A program made the position numbers and the translations under genes. The notes under the pieces were generated by a model that searched no databases, had not been told where the DNA came from, and worked only from the letters and a program-made list of their open reading frames with translations. From the IMG/VR virus record IMGVR_UViG_3300042389_001102, positions 1 to 40,462 of that record: a DNA stretch of 40,462 nt; one strand, 5' to 3'. This document shows, piece after piece, positions 28,322 to 35,709 of this stretch (its first letter is position 1; each line of letters opens with the position of its first letter). This DNA comes from a virus (lineage: Duplodnaviria; Caudoviricetes).

Positions 28322-28615
28322 ATGAAAGACTCACTCAAGCTAATGCTAGGCCTTGCCATAACTTTCTTTTTGTTTGTTTTGGGGTGTTTTGTATGCGCAT
28401 TATCTGAAGAATTGAAGCCTGAAGACTTTAAGCCCGTCCTATTAGGCCGCAAAGACCTAATCAGAAACAATTTGATTTTGTCAAACAACGAATTGTGTAA
28501 GCATGTTGTTGATTCAATGAGCTTGCAAACTACCAGCCTAAACAAGCAACTGTTTATATTACTTGATGAAAACAAGGAACTAGGTCGCCAATTGAAGGAG
28601 TGTAAGAAGAAATAA
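28322..28615 (+). CDS. Membrane protein, possible lysis accessory
   Basis: N-terminal hydrophobic helix plus coiled-coil; AAGGAG RBS. Confidence 0.5.
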   Translation: MKDSLKLMLGLAITFFLFVLGCFVCALSEELKPEDFKPVLLGRKDLIRNNLILSNNELCKHVVDSMSLQTTSLNKQLFILLDENKELGRQLKECKKK

Positions 28616-28618
28616 GTA

Positions 28619-29026
28619 ATGGAAGCATTACCTCCAAATATTGAAAGTTATGGAGTGCTTGGCTTAGTTGCTTGGCTAGTCGGCAAAGAGGCATTGAAGC
28701 CGTTATTAGATAGTTTTATTGAAAAGAATAAAAAACAGTTAGATAGTGAATTAAGCATACGCAAAAGCGATCAGGAAGTGCTTCAAAGTATTTTGATTGA
28801 TGCCGTTAAAAGAATTCCTGATTGCTTGGATAATTTGAGGGATTGCATCAATAGGCAAATCGAGAAAGACAATCATAGAACGGACTTACTAGAGCAAATG
28901 CTAGAAAGAAATGGCCGTATCGATGAAACCTTCAAAGCAGTCTCACAAATAGAAGCGAGTTTGCGAAATATTGACGGCAGGATCGATGCAGCACTTATTG
29001 CGTCTGGGCATGTACAAAAACAATGA
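28619..29026 (+). CDS. Putative holin-like protein
   Basis: YGVLGLVAWLVG single TM segment followed by coiled-coil. Confidence 0.5.
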   Translation: MEALPPNIESYGVLGLVAWLVGKEALKPLLDSFIEKNKKQLDSELSIRKSDQEVLQSILIDAVKRIPDCLDNLRDCINRQIEKDNHRTDLLEQMLERNGRIDETFKAVSQIEASLRNIDGRIDAALIASGHVQKQ

Positions 29027-29433
29027 TTTACGATAGCGAAACAATTAAGCTAAGCCGCATCGATAATTACATTTATCATCAGTATTTTAAATTGCCTAGT
29101 GAAGAAAACTGGAAAGGTGGATTCAAGGCGGGGCTAGCATACTATGACGGTACGCCTGAATTGTTACACTGGCTAAATGATTTGAGTGGTTGCTGGGGTA
29201 CTGATTGCAATAATGTGATCTGGCTTTATGACAATGTGAATAAAAAAATTAATCCAACTAAAGGGTTAATGCGAATTGCATTTGTTAAGCCGCAGCCTGA
29301 ATTCAGGCAAATGAATGATGCAATTGATTTTTATATTACCTATTCCAACGCTGGGTTTAAAGATAAAAAAGAAGCGCTGATTTGTGCTTTTAATACTCTC
29401 GAAAAAGCTAAAGAATGGCTGAGTATGGGGTAA
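29023..29433 (+). CDS. Hypothetical protein, SpoIIAA/STAS-like pattern
   Basis: RIAFV and C-terminal F.TLEKAKEWL. Confidence 0.4.
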   Translation: MIYDSETIKLSRIDNYIYHQYFKLPSEENWKGGFKAGLAYYDGTPELLHWLNDLSGCWGTDCNNVIWLYDNVNKKINPTKGLMRIAFVKPQPEFRQMNDAIDFYITYSNAGFKDKKEALICAFNTLEKAKEWLSMG

Positions 29434-29466
29434 TATAAATATAGTTGTTTACTTTTGTTCAACTAT

Positions 29467-29502
29467 GTCGAAGGTAGCTCAATTCGATTCTCGCCCTTTG
29501 AC
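29467..29502 (+). pseudogene. Internally deleted tRNA remnant
   Basis: Acceptor stem TCGAAGG/CCTTTGA, TAGCTCAA at tRNA positions 8-15 fused directly to TTCGATTCTCGC (positions 54-65). Confidence 0.7.
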
Positions 29503-29561
29503 ATGACTTTCCCCTCTAGTTTTTTTATTGCAAAGTTGTGTATAATATTCTTTATATAGAC

Positions 29562-29672
29562 GTTGCCTTATTTCTAGAACATGCGTCTTCGGTAGATTGC
29601 AGCAACAGTAACTATCGCTCTAGATTGGGGAGTTATTCCGTCAAGCCTACGTACGAAGCCAATCAAAGGCAA
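29562..29672 (+). ncRNA. Candidate structured small RNA
   Basis: Closing stem TTGCCTT/AAGGCAA, inner stems TCTAGA/TCTAGA, TGCGTCT/AGATTGCA, GATTGG/CCAATC; promoter-like sequence upstream and terminator downstream. Confidence 0.5.
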
Positions 29673-29711
29673 AACCCTCAGATTATTAATTTAGTCTGGG
29701 GGTTTTTTATT
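29671..29711 (+). terminator. Intrinsic terminator, probably bidirectional, between the convergent arms
   Basis: AAAACCCTCAGATTA...TAGTCTGGGGGTTTTTT hairpin with A and T tracts. Confidence 0.8.
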
Positions 29712-29746
29712 TCGAAAAGGGGATTCCTTTAATTCTAAAAGTGTTT

Positions 29747-30226
29747 TCATTCAATCAAACTCCTTCCGTATTTATTCAGGATGGCTTCTAGTTTTGACGA
29801 CAGTGTGTCCATGCTAACGCCTTTGCATATTTCATAAACTAAATCTGGAATTGTTTTTGAGCCGTAAACGTTAACGACAAAATGCTCTTCAATGCGATAG
29901 TTTTCAGAATTAGTAAAAGTTTTAAGGTACTCCCTCGCAACCCTCACAAGCTCATCTGACCATGCTTTTTGGGTGAGCTGGTGGTTCCATGCTTCTTGAA
30001 AAGTGTATTCTTGATGACTGCTTGGATCAAAGCTTTCAAATGAAATACAGCTTTTTGTGATAACAATATGTCTGTAATAAGTGCCTGCATCTAGGTCAGT
30101 GTCGCTCCACCCAAAATTCCCTAAATGTCTTGGGCTAGGCTCCTCCTGCATCCTCAACAGCTCAATCAGCCTGTTAACCAAGCTTACTTGTTTTGCAATT
30201 TGTGATAGGTCTTTGTTAGTTGTCAT
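29747..30226 (-). CDS. Hypothetical protein (probable start MTTNK)
   Basis: Last gene of the leftward operon. Confidence 0.65.
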   Translation of the reverse strand: MTTNKDLSQIAKQVSLVNRLIELLRMQEEPSPRHLGNFGWSDTDLDAGTYYRHIVITKSCISFESFDPSSHQEYTFQEAWNHQLTQKAWSDELVRVAREYLKTFTNSENYRIEEHFVVNVYGSKTIPDLVYEICKGVSMDTLSSKLEAILNKYGRSLIE

Positions 30227-30452
30227 TTTCAAAAGCCTCAATTAGCGAAGATGCTGATTCAACTTGATTAGCCACGGTTTGCAAATACTTGCGCTGATTA
30301 ATATTAAATTGCAAAACATTGTCATTTAAAGGCCGTCCAATGGCGTAAAAGTCGCCATGCAAAGAGTCTAAAATGTCTTTCAAATCCGCAACTAGTTTTT
30401 TGTAGTGTTCGATTTCTAACTGTTGCTTACCTATTAGTTCTAATTCGCTCAT
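30216..30452 (-). CDS. Hypothetical protein
   Basis: GGAGG RBS, ATGA overlap. Confidence 0.65.
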   Translation of the reverse strand: MSELELIGKQQLEIEHYKKLVADLKDILDSLHGDFYAIGRPLNDNVLQFNINQRKYLQTVANQVESASSLIEAFENDN

Positions 30453-30907
30453 CCCTCGGCCTCCTTTTCTACAAAATATCTCATCCTTACACTTTCAGTT
30501 TTGCCAGTTAAACTACTAGTCAGCTGTTCGGGAACCGCAATCCGTCCGTCTTCCCCTTGAAGAAGCGGATCTATTTCTCTTAAATCTTCAATATTGTATT
30601 GTTTCATGTACTCTCTACTCTCCTTTGCTGGTGCGTTGCGGGCAATCTCAAAAGCAGATAAAACCGAATATGATCGGGCAAGAAGCGCCTCTTCAAGCTT
30701 TTTGATGCGGGCTTGCAGATCGAAATTAGCAACATGAAAACGGTGACAATCAACGTCTAAATTATCGTATTTGGTTTGCAACTCATCATACTCATCTTTG
30801 CGGATGTATTCAACAAAGCCAGCTTCCCCAAATTCTTTATCCTCCTCAAAAAAGAGAAGTCTAGGTATATCATCTGATAAAAATATTGTTTTTGGTGCTT
30901 CGCTCAT
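30449..30907 (-). CDS. Hypothetical mosaic protein (start MSEAPK)
   Basis: GGAGG RBS and ATGA overlap at 30904-30907; shares RIKKLEEAL and terminal EAEG with the neighbour. Confidence 0.7.
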   Translation of the reverse strand: MSEAPKTIFLSDDIPRLLFFEEDKEFGEAGFVEYIRKDEYDELQTKYDNLDVDCHRFHVANFDLQARIKKLEEALLARSYSVLSAFEIARNAPAKESREYMKQYNIEDLREIDPLLQGEDGRIAVPEQLTSSLTGKTESVRMRYFVEKEAEG

Positions 30908-31173
30908 CCTTCGGCCTCCTCTGATAGTGCGTTGTGGGCAGTTGTGCCAAAATCTTCTAAATTCCCATGAATATCTTCCACTAGGCACAATGGCTCATCA
31001 GTTGGATTTTCCTGCACGTTGTCAAAATTATCTGCATCCGTATAAAACCTAAGCGCCTCTTCAAGCTTTTTGATGCGGGTTTGCGCTTCTTGTATTTCTG
31101 TCTCACGGCTACGCTTCCCGTCAGCATATCCATCATCATAAGCAGCCCCTTGAAGTGTTCCCAGTCTCATCAA
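30904..31173 (-). CDS. Hypothetical protein
   Basis: GGAGG RBS; LEEALRFY motif common in small phage proteins. Confidence 0.7.
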   Translation of the reverse strand: MMRLGTLQGAAYDDGYADGKRSRETEIQEAQTRIKKLEEALRFYTDADNFDNVQENPTDEPLCLVEDIHGNLEDFGTTAHNALSEEAEG

Positions 31174-31655
31174 TCCACCTCCAACAAAATATTTAAACGC
31201 TTGCCAAAATGCTCAAGGAAATAGTGTATATTGGCGTCAAAGCTAAAATAAATACCCAAAGGGCTGCGAAGATCTGAAGCTTCTTTCAAATCCCAAAGCG
31301 CTTCCCTGACATTCCAAACAAGCTCCCACTTGTCAGAATCTTCATCTTCCCAATCCAGCTTAAAACTGTCAGGGTCATGCTTGCCTCTCCATTGCTTGAT
31401 TTCTTCGAGCAGTTTGAGTTTGTCAACGTGCTTTTGTGCGAGTTCTTCTGTCTTAAAGTAGTTGCCTATTGCGATTTTTTGTTGATCGTATAATGTTGAG
31501 CCTATGTCGCCACTACCCCAAAAATAAGAGCCTGGCTCTCCCTCTTCAGGCATCCAAAAAGGCAATTTAGCGGGCTCAGGTTTGGGCTGCTTGCCTTCAA
31601 GTTCCTCAATTCTCTTTTTTAATTCTTCAATTTCTTTTTCTAATTTTTTACTCAT
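31170..31655 (-). CDS. Hypothetical phage protein
   Basis: N-terminal coiled-coil, GNYFKTEELA motif. Confidence 0.75.
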   Translation of the reverse strand: MSKKLEKEIEELKKRIEELEGKQPKPEPAKLPFWMPEEGEPGSYFWGSGDIGSTLYDQQKIAIGNYFKTEELAQKHVDKLKLLEEIKQWRGKHDPDSFKLDWEDEDSDKWELVWNVREALWDLKEASDLRSPLGIYFSFDANIHYFLEHFGKRLNILLEVD

Positions 31656-31741
31656 TTGTTTTTTTCTCCAATTCTTGTATTCTGTTTTTTGTAATCTCTA
31701 GCGCTTTTGTTGTTCCAATTATTTGTGAATAATTTCTTCGC

Positions 31742-31930
31742 TCATTTGGCCTCCCCTTTGGTTACTTGGATGCCCTCTAGTGGGGGATCTAGTAACTTGA
31801 TTCCATTTTCCAGCTGGCAAATTAATTTAAGAATTATTTCGCTGTGTTCTTCATTGACGAGTACTTGATAAGTTTTGCCAGTGTCTAGAGTAGCTATAAA
31901 AGCTAGATGCTCTATGTTTAAATCGCTCAT
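31742..31930 (-). CDS. Hypothetical protein (start MSDLNIE)
   Basis: ATG lies at the end of the duplicated 74-bp junction, mirroring 32350. Confidence 0.55.
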   Translation of the reverse strand: MSDLNIEHLAFIATLDTGKTYQVLVNEEHSEIILKLICQLENGIKLLDPPLEGIQVTKGEAK

Positions 31931-31949
31931 GCTAACCCTTTCCAAGCTT

Positions 31950-32132
31950 TTAAAGCCCTTTGTCCGTAATAATGTGTTGAGTATTTGTCTTTGAACTGTC
32001 AATAAAATCTTTCAACTTTTTGCGTATTGCTTTGTAATTTCTATCATCCGCAAATTCTTTATCCTCTTGCTTAAGCATTTCTTCGTAAATGTCCTCAAGT
32101 ATTTGTATGTCTTCTCGGGTGAGTGTTTTCAT
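31950..32132 (-). CDS. Hypothetical protein
   Basis: AAGGAG RBS; C-terminus reads out of frame into the repeat. Confidence 0.55.
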   Translation of the reverse strand: MKTLTREDIQILEDIYEEMLKQEDKEFADDRNYKAIRKKLKDFIDSSKTNTQHIITDKGL

Positions 32133-32350
32133 CTGTTTCTCGCTCCTTCTTTTTCAATATACTTAATACACTCTTCAACGCTTGTACAGTTTTCTTTGAT
32201 CTCCCGCAAGTCAACTTCAGATACTAAGTATTGTGCTACAGCGGGGAAAGCAACTAAACCTAATTCGAGCCCTAAATTCTTTAAGGCTTCTTGTAACTCT
32301 GCCATGGAAACACTACTTTGTTTAGATTCTATAGTTATTACTAATTTCAT
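32129..32350 (-). CDS. Hypothetical protein (start MKLVIT)
   Basis: ATGA overlap with the upstream stop. Confidence 0.6.
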   Translation of the reverse strand: MKLVITIESKQSSVSMAELQEALKNLGLELGLVAFPAVAQYLVSEVDLREIKENCTSVEECIKYIEKEGARNR

Positions 32351-33144
32351 GCTATTCCTTTCCATGCTCTAAGAGCCCTTTGTCCGTAATAATGTGTTGA
32401 ATATTTGTCTTTGAATTGTCCAGAGTTGTAGTATGTTAAAGCGGCTCTATGAGGGTCTGCTATCCCTTTAGCCTTAGCTCTTTGATACCCTACTAAAAGC
32501 ACTTTGCTAATGGCATAATCTCCAGACTCTTCAAACGTTGTTAATTTAAACCAACCTTTATGCCAGCGTTTATCTATCTGCCATGCATGGCAACCATTCC
32601 CACCATCTCCCAATTGCAAGTATTTTTGATTTCTTGATTTTGGAACAAACCGCTTAGAATTGCCCGTTTCATTCTTTAATAAAGCCGCTAAATAATTAGC
32701 CATTTCACGCTCTGAGAGGTTGAATGATTTGTGATATTTTTTGGCTAGTGGCTGAAGATATGGTATAAATGGAGAGCTAATCTCTTTTACCTTCTCGTTA
32801 GAGCTGATTGATTTATTTCTTTCAGCTCTTTCTTGTTTTAGTACCTTCTGTGTCCATTTCAGCTTGCGCTCTGTAAGCTCTAACTCTTCCATGCCATAAA
32901 GAGGACAGGTACTAATATTCAATTCTTGCTCATCATTGGCTTTTGCTGGTGGAATCTTACTGCAACCAACAAAAGCAAATATTGCTAATAGCCCAATTAC
33001 AGTAGTGGCACAAATCAACCTTTTACCGAATAAACGATTCTGTTTATATTGCCAAGGTTGAATCCATCTTTCAATTAAGCGAAGCTTAACTTCTTCGTTT
33101 AGCATTCGGCTTTTTAGCAAATTAGCGTAATAGTATTCATTCAT
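32347..33144 (-). CDS. Membrane-anchored lysozyme-superfamily (goose-type/SLT-like) muramidase
   Basis: AALLKNETG (catalytic Glu), AWQIDKRWH, YYNSG; hydrophobic segment ending FVGC and a coiled-coil linker. Confidence 0.7.
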   Translation of the reverse strand: MNEYYYANLLKSRMLNEEVKLRLIERWIQPWQYKQNRLFGKRLICATTVIGLLAIFAFVGCSKIPPAKANDEQELNISTCPLYGMEELELTERKLKWTQKVLKQERAERNKSISSNEKVKEISSPFIPYLQPLAKKYHKSFNLSEREMANYLAALLKNETGNSKRFVPKSRNQKYLQLGDGGNGCHAWQIDKRWHKGWFKLTTFEESGDYAISKVLLVGYQRAKAKGIADPHRAALTYYNSGQFKDKYSTHYYGQRALRAWKGIA

Positions 33145-33379
33145 TTTTTGCAGTCTCCTTTTGGTTAAGCTTTTTTACGCCTGGCACGTTATATTCTGCA
33201 TAAAGCTTTACTAGGCTAGCCTCGAATTCCCACATTTGCTGGAAGCGGCCTTTTATCGCCCCTAGGAGTGTAGTAGAGACAAAAACATTACTGCCTACGT
33301 CTTTCACCACACAACCCTCTTTTACTTGCCAGTTATCGGGTTCAAGCAAATCACGAGTAATTAAATAATATTCAGTCAT
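33137..33379 (-). CDS. Hypothetical protein (start MTEYYL)
   Basis: ORF in the packed operon. Confidence 0.6.
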   Translation of the reverse strand: MTEYYLITRDLLEPDNWQVKEGCVVKDVGSNVFVSTTLLGAIKGRFQQMWEFEASLVKLYAEYNVPGVKKLNQKETAKNE

Positions 33380-33536
33380 TATTTTCTTGTCTCCCAATCA
33401 GGAATAATAATTTTGACAACGCTTCTAATGCCAAAAGAGCTAAATCGTTGACATGTGGATTGCTTTCGCCGTGAGTAAGTTCGAGCAAATTGCGCCTCAT
33501 TCGCTCAAGCAATTTCTGTTTTTCTTGGCTAGTCAA
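33372..33536 (-). CDS. 54-aa hypothetical protein (TTG start; not in ORF track)
   Basis: GGAGGTG RBS, TTGA overlap with the YopX stop, fills the gap. Confidence 0.5.
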   Translation of the reverse strand: MTSQEKQKLLERMRRNLLELTHGESNPHVNDLALLALEALSKLLFLIGRQENND

Positions 33537-33922
33537 TTCTTCACCTCCATCAATTCGGAATTGTCGTGGGTGTTGCCGATTACTTTTGTTGCAAATGCAT
33601 GAGCAATCGGCAGCGGGGCATAAAAATTCCCTCGCTTTAACTTAAATCCATATTCAAAAACAACCAAACAAGGCTCTTGAAGAGCTACTGCAACATCATT
33701 AGTTACAATATCCCCTTCAAAAATGCGACTTCTATTTGCGTCATACAAGCCTGTAAACTGCCCAACCGTGACTGGGTCTACATAAACCCAGTCAAACTCT
33801 TTTACTTGACCCTTACCAGCTTGAAAATAGATTGCTGGTTGTATGTCATCCGAGTAGACTAATGAGCCATAAGCCCAATTTCCAGAGTTGGTTTTCCCTC
33901 TAAATATTATTTCTCTATCCAT
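33533..33922 (-). CDS. YopX family protein
   Basis: REIIFRGK...W.YGSL...TVGQFTGLYD.N...IFEGDIV...VIGN.HDNSEL. Confidence 0.9.
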   Translation of the reverse strand: MDREIIFRGKTNSGNWAYGSLVYSDDIQPAIYFQAGKGQVKEFDWVYVDPVTVGQFTGLYDANRSRIFEGDIVTNDVAVALQEPCLVVFEYGFKLKRGNFYAPLPIAHAFATKVIGNTHDNSELMEVKN

Positions 33923-34481
33923 TTTTCAACAGCTCCTCTCTGACTTTGCCTTCAAACGGAAAAGAATCAGCTGGGTATTCATCATCAAACAATTTATTTA
34001 AATCGTATTGTAAAGTTTTTGCTCTTTCAGCAATAGCCTTGGCTAGTGGCTTTGGAGGACTAGGAATAATAGAATATTCGGTTTTTATCCCTTCCCCTTT
34101 CTTCGTAACGGTGAAGTCGTAGCCTTCGATTTGAACGCCGTAGTCAGGATTATTGATATATTCTCTGATGCTCTTAAGTAAGCCGATTTGAGTTAAGGAC
34201 AGTATTTTGAAGCTGTCTGAGTTGTAGTCATAGACACAGCAAGCCATAAAATATTGGGGCTTTTGTCCAGGTTTGGAAGGTGGCAACATTGCCAACTCTT
34301 CAAATGTAAATGGATTCTTTTCGAGTCTGGTTAGCTTCATCGTTTTGTCTTCTAGTTTCACGAAGTATTCATAACCAGTGACAGGCAAGCCAATAAAGCG
34401 AAATTTGTTTGTTCCTGCTGTAAATTTTAGAAATTGGTCTTTTTGGTTTGGTAATTGGTAATTTGGATCAAAAAAGTTCAT
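33915..34481 (-). CDS. Putative ssDNA-binding protein (gp32-like OB fold; start MNFFDP)
   Basis: FLKF..G..KFRF, VYDY....KIL, YDFTVTKKGEG.KTEYSIIPSP; acidic DDEYP...PF near the end. Confidence 0.6.
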   Translation of the reverse strand: MNFFDPNYQLPNQKDQFLKFTAGTNKFRFIGLPVTGYEYFVKLEDKTMKLTRLEKNPFTFEELAMLPPSKPGQKPQYFMACCVYDYNSDSFKILSLTQIGLLKSIREYINNPDYGVQIEGYDFTVTKKGEGIKTEYSIIPSPPKPLAKAIAERAKTLQYDLNKLFDDEYPADSFPFEGKVREELLKNG

Positions 34482-34610
34482 TGTATTTTCCCTTTGCGTG
34501 TAATTAATGGGGATTTGGCGCAAGTTCCCCTTCTTGCTGACATTCTAGTTTATAAACGTCTAATGTCCGACGTGGAAGCTTTGGTTTAGGGTTTACCAAC
34601 CCGCCTAAAT

Positions 34611-34877
34611 TTATTTGCTTGCATAGAGCGTTATCATGTCTCTGTAATACTCACGGCGGCGTTGAGCTTGTTTGATTAGCTTTTTCTTTAAGCCTATATT
34701 TGGAAATTTAATAGCTAAATAAGCCTCTCTTTGGGATTCAATGGAGCCGTAGGTTTTATGGTCGGTTAGAGAGACAAAGTCATTTTCTTCTTCTTGTGCA
34801 GCCTCTAGCTCATTCTCAAGCCTTTCAAGCTCCTTAATTACTGTTATATAGCTTGTTTGTAGTGTTTCTTTGTCCAA
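34611..34877 (-). CDS. Hypothetical coiled-coil protein
   Basis: GGAGG RBS, TTG start. Confidence 0.6.
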   Translation of the reverse strand: MDKETLQTSYITVIKELERLENELEAAQEEENDFVSLTDHKTYGSIESQREAYLAIKFPNIGLKKKLIKQAQRRREYYRDMITLYASK

Positions 34878-35067
34878 CTTGTCCTCCGTTTATAAATGTA
34901 TGTGTAAATTCTCTATTGTTGTGATTGCCAGACTGAATGGCTCTGTAGCTCCTGAGCTCTGCTTCAATAACGGAAATTGGTCTAGAGTTTTCTAGCGTCC
35001 CCGATTGCATACGCTCTTTTTCAAGCTGATTGATTTTTAAGTCTACGTATAGTGGGTTTTGTGTCAT
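34834..35067 (-). CDS. Hypothetical protein (start MTQNPL)
   Basis: Preceded by the same 30-bp linker as Gly-rich unit D. Confidence 0.6.
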   Translation of the reverse strand: MTQNPLYVDLKINQLEKERMQSGTLENSRPISVIEAELRSYRAIQSGNHNNREFTHTFINGGQVGQRNTTNKLYNSN

Positions 35068-35090
35068 TTTGTTTAATTTGTTTAGGGTAT

Positions 35091-35147
35091 TATTCAAAAA
35101 CAAGGCTCTTGAAGAGCTGCTACAACATCACTAGTTGCAATATCCCC
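35091..35147 (-). repeat. Displaced fragment of a YopX allele
   Basis: 35101-35147 matches 33669-33715 at 43/47 nt; TATTCAAAAA also shared. Confidence 0.9.
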
Positions 35148-35397
35148 CGTCACCATCGCCATAACCATAACCATCGCCCCAGCCATCGCCGTAACCATAA
35201 CCGCCGCACCAGCCATAACCATCGCCATCGCCATCGCCACGACCATTGCCATAGCCTGAGCCGTCACCATTGCCATAGCCTAAGCCATCGCCACAACCAT
35301 CGCCATGACCATAACCATAACCATCGCCATAGCCACAACCTGAGCCTAAGCCGTAGGAATTTTGATTCACCTCAAAATTTATAGTACGTTTAGTCAT
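35131..35397 (-). CDS. Leader + (Gly-X)n protein, unit D (88 aa)
   Basis: MTKRTINFEVNQNSY + GYGDG-type core. Confidence 0.7.
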   Translation of the reverse strand: MTKRTINFEVNQNSYGLGSGCGYGDGYGYGHGDGCGDGLGYGNGDGSGYGNGRGDGDGDGYGWCGGYGYGDGWGDGYGYGDGDGGYCN

Positions 35398-35419
35398 TTT
35401 GTTTAATTTGTTTAGGGTA

Positions 35420-35686
35420 TTAGCCATAACCATTATCACCATAACCGCCGCCCCAGCCATAACCATCGCCGTCACCATTGCCATAGCCATAGCCGTCACC
35501 AAAGCCATCGCCTGAGCCGTAGCCTAAGCCACAACCATCGCCATGACTATCACCATAACCATCACCCCAGCCACCACCACCGCAACCGTTGCCATCACCA
35601 CAACCATCACCATAACCGTCACCACAACCTGAGCCATCGCCGTAGGAATTTTGATTTAACTCAAAATTTATAGTACGTTTAGCCAT
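35420..35686 (-). CDS. Leader + (Gly-X)n protein, unit C (88 aa)
   Basis: MAKRTINFELNQNSY + core. Confidence 0.7.
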   Translation of the reverse strand: MAKRTINFELNQNSYGDGSGCGDGYGDGCGDGNGCGGGGWGDGYGDSHGDGCGLGYGSGDGFGDGYGYGNGDGDGYGWGGGYGDNGYG

Positions 35687-35709
35687 TTTTGTTTGATTTG
35701 TTTAGGGTA

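Larger units (their letters stand above)
31927..32420 (-). repeat. 74-bp imperfect direct repeat of the 3' end of the lysozyme-like gene
   Basis: 31927-32000 vs 32347-32420, 8 mismatches, no gaps. Confidence 0.95.

Noticed and set aside
29562-29606. Solitary CRISPR-repeat mimic (GTTGC...GCAAC ends) or a known ribozyme
   Set aside because: Longer than typical repeats and single copy; hammerhead, twister and pistol cores were not found by eye. It needs a database search.
29538-29732. 64-aa ORF across the intergenic region
   Set aside because: GTG start without an RBS; it runs through the promoter-like motif and the terminator. The RNA structure explains the region better.
31652-31745. Possible frameshifted small gene
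   Set aside because: The ATG gives only 8 codons and the other frame lacks a start; too short to support a call.
31927-35147. Diversity-generating retroelement TR/VR pairs (74-bp and 47-bp repeats; also the paralogs at 5659-6335)
   Set aside because: Mismatches are not confined to adenines on either strand, and no reverse transcriptase is present.
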